Origin: Schmidtea polychroa
Lineage: Eukaryota
NCBI GenBank assembly: GCA_044892525.1
Contig: CM097885.1
Location: forward strand, 37,326,001-37,390,000
DNA length: 64,000 nt
Reading direction: 5' to 3'
Made by a program: the position numbers and the translations under genes. The notes under the pieces were generated by a model that was not told where the DNA came from, ran no database searches, and saw nothing but the letters and a program-made list of their open reading frames with translations. Below are positions 45,896 to 57,725 of the stretch, piece after piece. Every line of letters starts with the position of its first letter. Within the stretch, counting starts at the first letter, position 1.

Positions 45896-46606
45896 ATGAA
45901 TTATTTAAAAGAAAGAGAATCAACGAGTAACGAAGGAAAGTCAAACGACCAACCTGAACAAAGCCAGGATATGATACCAATCAAACAAGAACCGATGAAA
46001 TATTATAGTAATAAATGGAGAGTCAGCAAGAAGTTGTTCAAAACAAAGATTGCAAATCAAAATGTAGAGATTACGAGATTGAGGCAGCATATTGTTCAAT
46101 CAAGACGATTAATAAACACTGTCAAGCAAGAAATTTTGAGGGAAATAAATGAATCGAAACGAAAAGAGACAGAAAATAAAAACCTGAGACAAGAGATAGT
46201 AGAGTTGAGAGCTCAGGCAGTAATCGAAGATTATTGGAAATCAGAAACAAGGAAGTTGAAAAAGATTGTGAATATCGACCAAGTCTATATCGAGCAGTTG
46301 GAAGCACAATATGCTTATGCAAAAACAAGAATGCGAGAAAGTAAAAAAGTCGAGAAGAGAAATGTAAAACTCAAGGAAGAGATCAAGGAACAAAGAGAGG
46401 AAACAGAAAAACAGTGGAAGTTGAAAGAAAATTACCGGAGAATTTTAAATCAAAAACGACGAAGCATGCAAACACTGCAGACGACAATGACCATCAAACA
46501 GAGAAAATGGAAAAGTAAGGAGAAGCAATTACAAGCAATACCAGAACTAAAGAGACAGTTGATAGCAACGCAACTCGAAGCGCTCCAACACAAGAAAAGA
46601 ATGTGA
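45896..46606 (+). CDS. Cargo ORF 5, basic coiled-coil protein
   Basis: 236-aa open frame, K/R/E-rich. Confidence 0.75.
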   Translation: MNYLKERESTSNEGKSNDQPEQSQDMIPIKQEPMKYYSNKWRVSKKLFKTKIANQNVEITRLRQHIVQSRRLINTVKQEILREINESKRKETENKNLRQEIVELRAQAVIEDYWKSETRKLKKIVNIDQVYIEQLEAQYAYAKTRMRESKKVEKRNVKLKEEIKEQREETEKQWKLKENYRRILNQKRRSMQTLQTTMTIKQRKWKSKEKQLQAIPELKRQLIATQLEALQHKKRM

Positions 46607-46854
46607 AGCTTTAGCAAATGAAGGGTCGAGAACCTCTCCCCTTAAGCCTTAACCGGCCTTGTAATGAATAATAAAATTTTGATTTTTTTTTTTTTTTTTT
46701 AGAATGAACGAGTCGAGCAAAAGACGAGCACCTGAACCTCCCGTAAAATTAAGGGATGAGGTCGGTGACTCCCAATAAATGAGACAAACTAACCGTGTAA
46801 ATAAATTGTAAATAAAGCCAAGTAATTATTATTAATGTATATGTATATGTAAAG

Positions 46855-47841
46855 ATGAGAAGCCTAATCGTGGTGATAATTATAATGACAATGCCAAGAA
46901 TCCTGCATGCTGAAGAATCAATGATCAGATGCCAGAAAGAATACCCATACCGTAGAGAAGATAGCACATGTAGTAGCTTTAAATCAATCTGCGAAAAACC
47001 CAATGAGGAATGCGAACAAATCAAGTTACAATGTTCGCAATGTCCACAAACAACTGAAAGTTCGACGGAAGTGCAAATGGCTCAGACAATAAAAAATATC
47101 TTAGAACAAGAGATGAAAGTTATCAGAACCCAGATAGCAACATTAGCCAAACAATGTCAAAGTCAGAAATCAAAGAGAGAATCCCAAACAGATCCAGCCG
47201 CAATGAGAATGATGATAAAAATATTAGAGGAGACAAAACCACAAGTAATAACAGCTACCAATGGACGTTCAAGTAATTACGAAATGGTAGTGAAATCTTT
47301 AGAGGAAATGAAAGGAAAAATAACTTCCATCATCAAAGAGGAACCCAGCATTAAGAATGAGGTAACGAAAACCTTGAAAGAAATGACAAGAGAAATCTTA
47401 ACTACCATAAACAAAAACCCAATGAACTCCGAGAGGATGATTAAAACCCTGGAGGAAATAAAGAAAGTTGTCACCTCGGAAGAAAACAAATTCAACAAAT
47501 CCGAAAAATCAGAGATTATAGATACAACCCAATTGGGAGAAATCATGAACAAACCCAAAGTAATAGAACCGAGAGAGTCTGAATCTCTCACAATATTGAT
47601 CCTATTAGCGGCGAGCCTAATGATAAACATCACCGTACTAAGCCTGATTGCACTCAAACCCAATTCCAGTAAAGAAAGAAACAAAACCCTCAAACTAAAA
47701 GAACAATCAAGAAGTATTCGTATCCCAATGGAAGAACAACTAATCCAAACAACGAACCAACCAAGATACTTCAAATCTTCCCCAAACATTGAAACCAGAG
47801 CCGTAATCGAGACGAGATCCCGAACAACAGAGTTCTATTAA
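46855..47841 (+). CDS. Cargo ORF 6, predicted type I membrane protein
   Basis: Signal peptide MRSLIVVIIIMTMPRILHA, a 6-Cys N-terminal module, helical repeats (K.LEE.K) and TM LTILILLAASLMINITVLSLIAL. Confidence 0.8.
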   Translation: MRSLIVVIIIMTMPRILHAEESMIRCQKEYPYRREDSTCSSFKSICEKPNEECEQIKLQCSQCPQTTESSTEVQMAQTIKNILEQEMKVIRTQIATLAKQCQSQKSKRESQTDPAAMRMMIKILEETKPQVITATNGRSSNYEMVVKSLEEMKGKITSIIKEEPSIKNEVTKTLKEMTREILTTINKNPMNSERMIKTLEEIKKVVTSEENKFNKSEKSEIIDTTQLGEIMNKPKVIEPRESESLTILILLAASLMINITVLSLIALKPNSSKERNKTLKLKEQSRSIRIPMEEQLIQTTNQPRYFKSSPNIETRAVIETRSRTTEFY

Positions 47842-48193
47842 TATGACATGACAGGATAAACATTTCATGACATTATAAAACATTATCAAACAATCGTGAT
47901 TTCAAAGACTGAGACTGATTACGACTAATAATATTGAGTCTTGAGCATGATAATTTTATTTTTTTGTGGACCGACCTCGGTCGTTCTTTTTCTTCATCTT
48001 TCAACCCATCCGTAGAATGTAGTATAATAGTAGCCTTTTTATGTATGTGGGTATTGAGGTCACGACCCTGTAGCTCGTAGACCCAATTTGCATGTAGGCA
48101 TTTGTAATATAGTGCAAGTATTCTGAAAAATAATTTTCTTCACCTTGTGATTTAAATTGCGGGTCGCAATTTTATGGGCCCCCGAGTGTTTTA

Positions 48194-50039
48194 TGTTGGG
48201 CTAGAACTGACTTCTAGACCCAAACTTGAATTGTGACTGAAAGGTGTAGGTACACAACATGCAAAAACAAAAAGTGTAGTTAAATATTAAAATTACATCA
48301 AATAAACAATATTAATTAAAGGAGAAAACAACAAAAGCATAAACACCGAAATTAAATAAAATCATACCAAAAGCAAGAAGTCATGCAAAATCTAACTAAA
48401 AAAATGATCAAATAAACATAGAGTTACAAGAAACAAACTCGAATAACTTAAAAGCTGGTAAGAACAGTAAAAAATTCCAGAAAAACCCAGAACATTCCAT
48501 AAAAATGGCGATGACCATCATAAAAGCTATCTTAAACAATAAAATTTAGACAAAATCAATAAATTAGTAATAAAAATGAAAATTCGTAAAAAGAAATCCA
48601 TAAAACACCAATTAAAATTAAAATTAAATTAAAAGTGAAATAGAATGTTCTGGAACCGTTCCAAATCCATCATGGACGTAAAATTAATGAAAAATAATTA
48701 AAGAATAAAAATATAAAAATAAAAACAAAAATTATGGCACAAAAATTGCCATTAAAAATATCGAAATTACAAAATAGAAAGTTCTGGAATAAAAAGAATT
48801 CGAGTTTGTTTTAATGCATCAATACATACACGTGTACAAAATAGGTATATATACTGACACGTTTCAGTCACAATCAATCACTATTTTTATGCCAATTTTT
48901 GCAGAAAGTATTGCCAACGAAAATAGTAAGAATTGTTGATTTTTTTATTGCATTAATGAAGTACTTTTTAAATTAGTTATCATTTTATTTGTTGATTTTT
49001 ATTATATTAATGAATTATTTTTTTTAATTTATGATTATTTTATGTGTTGATTACATTAATGAATTACCATTTCAATTTATGAGTATTTTATTTGTTTATT
49101 ACATTGGTGAATCACTTTTCAATTTATTATCAATTATGTAGGGGAATCGAAGTAATTGCATTTTTTGATGTCTCTTGCTTTTGATTTTCTCCAGTGATGT
49201 ACGAAGGTTCGACGGCGTACTGGTATTCCTGCGTCGTCGTTGGGTCCTGCATCTAATTTTTATAGCACATGCATTATCAATATTATAGCAATCTAATATT
49301 ATATCATCCTTTTTTTGTTCGGGTCTTTCGGGGGTCGAACTACTTCATGGTCCTGCCATGGAGTTAGGTCGAGGAAACCCTCCGTCTGACTCTTTGTATT
49401 TATGTAAGGTCGACCGTAAATGGTTGACTCAACACACAACACTAAGGTTTGTGGAAGTGGTCACAGTGGGGCCATGGAAAAATCCACATTCAAAATCACG
49501 AACAAAAACTCTACATTAAGGTTCTAAATTGAGTAGAACTCGTACCTAAAATGACACAATCCTGCACTCACACTCATGTAGCTGGTTGACCCTTAATAGT
49601 AATTGCAAGTATACTTAGACAGATGCCGAACTAGAATTTGAAATAAGAAGTTACAGTAAAGTAATAAAATGAGAAGGATCGTCGGCATGTGTATAAGTAT
49701 AGTTTGATTTAGATAGGCTAATTAAAGTAAATGTAGATACCATAAATGTAATTCTCCAGAAACAAATTACAAATTGATCAGGAATCCTACTCTAATATAT
49801 TTGGGTAAATGATAAATGAACAACACGGATAAATCTTAACTATAAAAATAGACCATAAGCAAGTGTATATAGATCAGAAAATATAAATCTAGTTATGTAT
49901 GTATATGTTAACTCTAAATAGGTAACCTAGTAAGGATAATAGATAGATTTTTAACCACAAAGATATAAATGTTATATATAATTTATAATTATAAATTCCA
50001 AATGGTTATGGGAAAATTTTGCTTTATAATAATGAAGGG
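48194..50039 (+). repeat. 3' LTR, truncated (matches 17735-19617)
   Basis: By eye only about 3 substitutions and one 37-bp deletion (5' LTR 19021-19057 is missing). Identity stops abruptly after aatgaaggg. Confidence 0.95.
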
Positions 50040-53000
50040 ATTGATTTCCATTGTGATCCGTTTCATTCTATTAATTCACCTACATTGATTCATAATCTTT
50101 TATCTGAATTTTATTTCATTTTACTTCCCGATGTTATATACTAATTATACCGCGCTGATATATATACATATATTTTTATATAATCATATACCTTTATATA
50201 TTCTTTGTTCACACTATATATAGTGATAACCCTTTCTATGTATGTGGGTTCGTAATTCGTGATACTTTCTAGATCTCTTTTCCCTGTTCTTAGTTTAGTG
50301 TTTATTGTATATTTCATTTATTTCATTTATATTTCATTTATTGTATATTTCACCCGTCTGGTTCTACTTGTTTCCCATTCTCTATCGTTGACGTTGGATA
50401 ATTTTTCATACTTCGTTCCGGTTATTAATATGAGCATCGTACGTATAACTGTCTTGTATATTCAAATTACTTTGGCTAACCTTGAGCTCCCTGGTTTCTT
50501 TCGCTGGATCTTTTTCGTTGATATCCATCATGTTATTCTCGTATCTTGTATATTTACTTTCATTGATTTCTCTATATACTTTGTTATTCTCCCGAGTCGT
50601 TTTACATAAGTTTCAGAATTCATTTTCTACGTACTCTTGGTGTCTGTGATGTTCGCCTATTTTGCAAAGTTTTTCACTGCCTTTTAACTTAGTTCCCGTG
50701 CCTTTCTCACGGAGATTTTATTTCGATTTATTTTTGCTCCATTTTTATACTGTGATTTTATTTTTTAACAGTTATTCTCGATTGTCTTTGGTTCAGATTT
50801 AGTTTTCGAGTTACCAGCAAGTTTTATCCCTTCATCTATCTTACAGACAAGTTTAGTTCTTGTTTTTGTTCTTTTACTTAACGCTTTTGTTCATTCTAGG
50901 TGTTGATGATATATAGTTATTATTTCTATTCGTGATGTTTCGATGTCTTTCCATGTCTTCACTTTCTTTTACTTTCAGTAGAATCTGTTGATTCGCTCTG
51001 TTTCGTCTGGTAAACTCATCTCTTTATCTATAATGTGGTTCGTCTCAGATTCACATTTGCAGAAGCTAAGGCATGGTTATCATTCGCTTTATTTATCGTT
51101 TGGTGCTTTGTTATTGTCGAGTTTTATCGTATTTTACATTTGAATGTTTATTCAATCGTTTTATGGTTTGGTCTTTCCATTTTATCGATGCATTTAACAT
51201 CCTTGGGTACTCTACCCTTGGGTTGGTATGTGTAGAAGGTATTACCTGTAGAGTATAATTGGTTTAAGCATTCATTATCATACACTGTATGTACCGACAA
51301 CTCAATACCAGAATCATATATAGCTTGCTTTTTCATAAACCCCCTAATCCATACATTCTTATATATCATTTGCATATAATCATTCATACCATTACATATT
51401 CATTTATCAGCGTATTCTCAAAAAGTTCCCCTTTTAAAGCAGCTATAATTCCATCGGTTTATCCATTCACTAATTTAACAATGTAATAACAATTAACATT
51501 CAATAATTCATTGACATAAATATTATCAAGAGCCTGCATAACCAATCCTCAAACCCATTGCTAGCCCATCATTCAACCATTCAACCAAACAAGGACAAAT
51601 TATCAAGGAGAAGACTTATTTATTTTCATAAAATTAGCTTATCTTACTTATCCTATTGTCAAACCTTGAATTTACTGAAATCCGGATGTAACGATATTCA
51701 TACATTATTCTTTTGTTCTGGGCGTATCCAATCATTTTTAGCAAAGAACATTCCGTTTATCTTACAAAATAGAGTAATTTTGTCGAAACCAATTAATTAC
51801 GATTTGCTACTCCGTATGATTTATAATTTCCCAATAAATTCTTCAATGCACTGCTAGCAATTTCCTCGAAACAGATTATTAATTCCATACACATGATAAT
51901 TGATTTTTGATTACGCCTAAGATTTATTTGCAAACAACAGCCTGTAACACAATATCATGATTTTATAGGAGTCAATAATGCACAATTCGATTAAGCTCCA
52001 ATCACGAGCACTCGATGTATAGAAGCGTGTCAATCAAAATCATTGCCAAAATGCATACCAACTGAAATATATCTGTAAAAGCTTATAGTTGCAAGTGGCT
52101 TGTCTTACCAGTACATCTACATGCTTCAGATGTACGAATTCTGCCAGTTTCCTTTCCTTCCAGTTTATTTATTTATTTTTTTTTTCTTATGTTTCTTGAC
52201 ATCTCACATTTGCACCCGTCCTTTCGTCTTTACTATCATCCTAATTTGTAAATAACTGTAAACTACACCAACCGGCAACCGATCACCATCGAATGGACAC
52301 TGATTTGGGTTTTTATAATATAAACATTAGCTTACCTATAATAATTGTGCGTGTGTCATAGCCAGATGTGACACTGAATTAGCAATGTGAAATTAAATCG
52401 GCAGTTACACTATACAAAATAGAAAACAAAATCGCTGTAAAAAATATATATATTATAAACAATCACACACAACCACGGCTCGCAAAATACACCAACAGGA
52501 CATTGATTCAACAAGGACACCCAATCAGCTAAAAATTTACAATTCAAAATTAATCAATTATAAAAAAAAATGTACGAGGATGTCTGAAGCCTCATCAGAA
52601 TCGACTATTTTATTTCGAGAAATTCATAGCCAAATGGGTAAGCTTTTCATTTAAACTTCAGACAATTTTTATAAAATCTATATGGAATGGCCATTGCTGA
52701 CAACAAAAGAATCATCAAATCCATGGCGGATGCCCATGATTATCACGACTCAGGCCGCATTCTCGGCATCAAACGGAATACAATAATCGGCACCATAAAT
52801 AAAATCTACTAACATTTTAGAATAGAAATTCCACTACAGTTGTTTAGGACACTTGTGATATTTTATTACAGACAAGGCAGACAAACATATAGAGTCAAGT
52901 CAATAGCACTAAGACGCATAAATCAACACCACTTATCCAACACACGAATTTATAATGGAATATTTCAAGCAAATATAAAAATTTTAAAATTACCACTATC

Positions 53001-55037
53001 CTGAGATTAATAACACCAGATAAAATTGATGGTTCTGACCAGTAGACTTGATTTATTAATACATTGATTATCCCATTACTGACTTACAATAATTATTTAA
53101 GTACATATAAATTTATATACAAGTACAAAATGCCATAGTAACCTAATTAATAATCATTTTCATGCATGCAAATTTGACAATTTTCTGTTTTATTTTAACC
53201 AATTGAATCAAAAATAGAAAGCCATACATAATTTTATTAAAAACTGAATTTTAAAATACTTATAAAACATACTTGATTTAATTAGTAAAGTCCATAAAAT
53301 CAAAATATATATATATATATATATAACCATTCCAACTATACTGTACTGAAAAGTCGCTCTCTTGGAAATAAAGAAACAATCTACTTGAATAAATTTATGG
53401 TGTAACAGAAGCTGATACACCAACCGGCATTTGATTATCATTTGATCATATAAATAATCATATTAAAGATTCTTCCCTAAATTCTTGATATTTTCGATAA
53501 ACTATGAAAAATTTAATGTACATTAGAATAAATAAATAAATATCTTATTTCTTTATTCATTATTTTTACAAAAAATCTTAAAATTAACTGAATCCAAAAC
53601 AAAGCCTATTTGATAAAGCTAAATGAATGTCTCATTTATGATAATTAAATGCGCTTTGGGTTAATGAGTACATTACCGAGATTACATACCTTCACTAACT
53701 ACACCTAAATCCAGAATATCAGAAAAATAAACTGACTATCAACGCATTGATGGATTTGATGTGGGAAAAATTCGAATGGATATTCATTGATGGTTTTTTC
53801 ATGTAAGATTTGATAGTCGCTCAAAGTTTTATTTGACATCGACAAAAGCAACGAAACGAACCGAGAGAAATTACAATGAATCGAAGAACTAATCAAATTT
53901 CCAGCATCATTTTCAAAAATGTTCGAATTATTATTCTAATTGATGGACATGTTAAAATCAATAAAAACGTATTCCATTTTCGTTTTGTTAATCTCATATC
54001 ATTTCAATTTCATCTGAACATTACAGCAACAATCTAAATCTAAAAGAAATGAAATCGAAAATCGAAAAATAAATAACTGTAAAACATCTCGTTTCTGATT
54101 GGCTGATTTTCATGAACGTAGAAAACCAATACATACATGCCATGCCATGCCGCCGGCACGCACACCAAACGACACCGCAATGTAATTCCGTTCAATCAAC
54201 CATGAAAAAAACACTTTGAACGCTGCACCTGCACCAACCATTCCTCCAGTCACCCTTATCATTGATACACTGCGGTAGTGCTCAAATGCGCGTCTGAACA
54301 CGCCCTTGAGTCAAACCGCGCGTTGCGCATCACTGCGTTTCCTCGTTGAAACCAGTTCAGACGGGTAAAGTTTCTATGCTACCGCTGATGCGAAAAACGT
54401 GTTGCTAATGTTGATTGATTGTTCTAAAATATGATCTATCATGATTAAATAGAATGTATTGAAAATTTTCCATTCGCACTATATGTAGTTATGATTTTTG
54501 AACTTCTGCTTTGAGGTAAAATTCTCCATAATAATAGATCAATTGTTGATGATGGCCTTTAGATTATATGGTAGTTATCGGATAAATATTTATAGGAATA
54601 AGTTGGGATGTAGCTGACAGTGTCACTTGTTTTGTACTAATGAGATAACATATAATCATTACAGATTGCATTCAAGCCAGTCAGCCCATGGTGAGCCTAT
54701 GATGATACTATTGTTGACAGGGCGAATGTTCTAAGGATCGAATTCACATTTTTATAAGCATTTGTTAATTTTAATAACGTTTAAATGAGTTTTTATCATC
54801 GCATATATATTTATATATTGATCAACTATTAATTCTATCGAAAATTGTAATTATAAATTTTATTTTATTTCGATTAATTATTTCATTAATTGCTCTTTCA
54901 TATATAACAGAAATTTGTTCACAGAAGCATACACACAGATGCTTAAGCATACACACAGATCTTTATGCATACACACCGACCTTATGTTTACATACATTCC
55001 TTTTAGACTTAATTTTTTATATATTTTTTTCTTTTTA

Positions 55038-55055
55038 ATCCCGGCTGAGCCCCTA
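55038..55055 (-). promoter_or_regulatory. Primer-binding site (tRNA-Pro type) of a second, opposite-strand LTR element
   Basis: Minus strand reads TAGGGGCTCAGCCGGGAT, nearly the same as the PBS at 22794, after a 7-nt spacer from an LTR end. Confidence 0.8.
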
Positions 55056-55062
55056 AAAATCA

Positions 55063-57088
55063 TGTTAGGTACTTAGGGGTGTGTGATTTTTAAATTTTTA
55101 AATACATTAAGGGTAATCATATATATTCACTCGACTCTTTCCTAAGCACCTCCATGACTATTGTACTTTAACCATTTGTGTACCCATGGCGACGACCATG
55201 TTGGTAATGTACACAAAGGCGAAAAAACAATGAGCAGGTGAGCTCTATTGCCAAAACTACTCCCCATTGTATTTTCTCTTCGGGTTCTAGACTGCCGATG
55301 GAAGGTCTTACGTCATTATTTACTATGTATGCGGTTTTTAGATCATTTGTGGTCCTCAATTAAGGGTATTTCCAACTGTTCCCTTGTAAAAGTTTTGCGC
55401 AGGGATCCACCCTTATTGTTCATCTAATAATTATTTTTATATACTCCCTATAATATCCAAATTATCCTTCCAAAAATTTGAGCAGGGATTGGCCCTTATT
55501 CACAAGTTAATAAACATGTTTCCACACTTCTCATGAAAATTTGAGCAGGGATCTGCCTGTATTCCTAATCCTGAACGATCGAATATCTTAACTGTTCGTG
55601 GCTTCTATAAAATTACCTAAACCTACTTCCTCTACTGACAACAGTTCACAACTATTCTAATATTTCTCCTAACTCAGAAATATCTATGAAAATAAAAGTC
55701 CTATACTTTCTTACTCTAAATAGGGCCCTAAACTATCGCAAATTGATTTTTCCCCCTCTGACCGTTCATCTCCCTATCTATATTCCCTACCCCGATGGAC
55801 TCAACTGGTGAAACATCTGCCGACTAACAGCACGTAGTGCCGCCCGTCCACAAACCTTCCCCCAGTCCAGACCATCGACACATAAATATCCAGAAAAACA
55901 CAACCTAAATTATAATATTATTCAAAAAAAAGACAAAATAACATACGCCAAACATAAGAAGTAATTAAAAACAAATTCTGTTAAAAATTTTATTAATTCC
56001 TAAAATTGTATAATAATAGACTTAACAACAACAAAATGAATAATACCATACCAATATTAACAATTAACTTCAATTTAAAATAACATTATCTAAATAACAA
56101 AATAAATTAACTAAATAACATTAATTAAAATTAACTTCAATTTAAAATAACATTAGACCTAACAAAATTACATTACGCAAAACAAAAATCAAATTTACCT
56201 CACCGCGATGGCATGGAATCGAAAATTGAGAGCATATGTTCATTGCCAGTAAATGAATTGTTGTATAACCAGTTGAGCGTGAGAGAGTTTTTTAAATGAA
56301 ATTTCACTCAGTATTTATACTGATTGAATTATACGCCTCCGCATTCTCTGCTGTTATATCCAATTAGAATGCGAGGCAATTCTGATTAATTTTTGCATGC
56401 ATGCATGCATGTGTGTAATTGCTTATTTTTTAATTTAATTAATTTAATTAATCAAAATTCTAATTTTTATTAATTTTTAAGATTTATTTTTATAAATTCT
56501 ATAATTTAAATAGTTTTTGCTAATTTTAATTTAGTTTTTCAAGTTTTATAATTTAAATAAGTTATAGATTAATTTATAGATTAATTATAGATTAATTTAA
56601 ATAAGTTATAAGTTACTTTAGTTTCATTAATATAAACAATTTGGTTTTATAAGTTTTATAATTTAAAAAATTTTGTTGGTTTTATTTTTAGTTTTCATTA
56701 AACAATTTAGTTTCATAAATTTTATGGTTTATCTAATTTTACTACTTTTATTCTACTTTTTATTATTTTACCAGTTTACTAGATAATTTATTTTAAATTT
56801 TAAATTTATTTATTTAGAAATTTTTCATATTATTAATTAATTTATTACCCATTATTTTATTTATTATTATTTTATTTCTTAGTTGTTAGCTATTCCGAAT
56901 GTGATGTTTCTCCTAATTGTGTTAGTGATTGCGACCTTTATTTTCGTTCCTTTATTTTATCACCCGGGTCTTATATGTTATGTACTTTAATTCGTATTGA
57001 TTGGTGTTTTAATTTAACTTGGTGCGATTTTTATGTTGTATTTTTGATTCATTAAAACAAGCTCTCGATTCTCGATTCTAGCCCAACA
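55063..57088 (-). mobile_element. 5' LTR (about 2026 bp) of a related LTR element on the minus strand; its internal region may run left toward about 50040 and is degraded
   Basis: Minus strand starts TGTTGGGCTAGAA (the same 13 nt as the giant LTR), ends ACCTAACA and is followed by the PBS. Confidence 0.75.
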
Positions 57089-57379
57089 ATATCATTAATT
57101 TAAAATTATTAAAATTCATGGCTGAAAAAAATTTGGATTTTGAATCTGACAACTCAACTTTGAGTTTTCCAGAAATGGACGACAACACATCGTAAGATCT
57201 ATTTATAAAATATTTTTGAAGTTAATATTTCTTTAGATTTTCAGATATTTCTTTGGAGACATTTCCATTTTGCGAAGATGAAGATCTGACAATGTAAGAA
57301 TTTTTTTATTTAATTACAAATAATTAAAATATTTTGCAGCATATCAGATATTTCTAGTCAAACGCCTTTGTGTGAAGAT

Positions 57380-57725
57380 ATTTAACAAGTTCCATCGACA
57401 TCTTTGGAATTGAAGAAAAAAATTCGAAAATCGTAAATTTTAATAACTTATTTTAAAAAAATAATATTTTCAAAGAATTTCAGAAAATGATAAAATCCGT
57501 CTCATCAATGCATATGAAAATAAAGAAAATTATAAAGATTTTGGAAGATTACTGGGAATCTCCAAAAAATTGATTGAAACCATGTCCTTTCCAAGTTGAT
57601 TTGATATAGTCAAAGAGGCTATTGAAAATGAGCTGGAGAAAGAAGATTACAAAAACTTAAAAAACTATTTCGTTCATATACGCCGATTTTTTCCTAAATG
57701 TTTGAAAAAAATAAATGTATTTAGT
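57380..57725 (+). pseudogene. Possible internally deleted Tc1/IS630-like transposase remnant
   Basis: SENDKIRLINAYENKENYKDFGRLLGISK (HTH-like) joined to YFVHIRRFFPKCL (resembles a DDE_3 C-terminus). Confidence 0.35.

Larger units (their letters stand above)
17735..50039 (+). mobile_element. Giant Ty3/Gypsy LTR retroelement (endogenous retrovirus-like) with env-like gene and many cargo genes; 3' LTR truncated
   Basis: Near-identical direct repeats start TGTTGGGCTAGAA at 17735 and 48194. PBS at 22794, gag zinc knuckles, PR-RT-RH-IN in Gypsy order, and all internal ORFs on the + strand with a uniform A-rich composition. Confidence 0.95.

Noticed and set aside
28816..47789. Many minus-strand ORFs over the element (e.g. 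41474-42376, 37660-38385)
   Set aside because: Antisense shadows of A-rich coding sequence, with no motifs.
50259..54301. Genes in the short ORFs right of the truncated LTR
   Set aside because: Short, compositionally biased and without recognisable motifs; possible degraded coding remnants on the minus strand could not be assigned.
48194..57088. DNA transposon with 13-bp terminal inverted repeats TGTTGGGCTAGAA
   Set aside because: No TSD or transposase. Both ends are better explained as LTR starts: one matches the 5' LTR and the other is followed by its own PBS.
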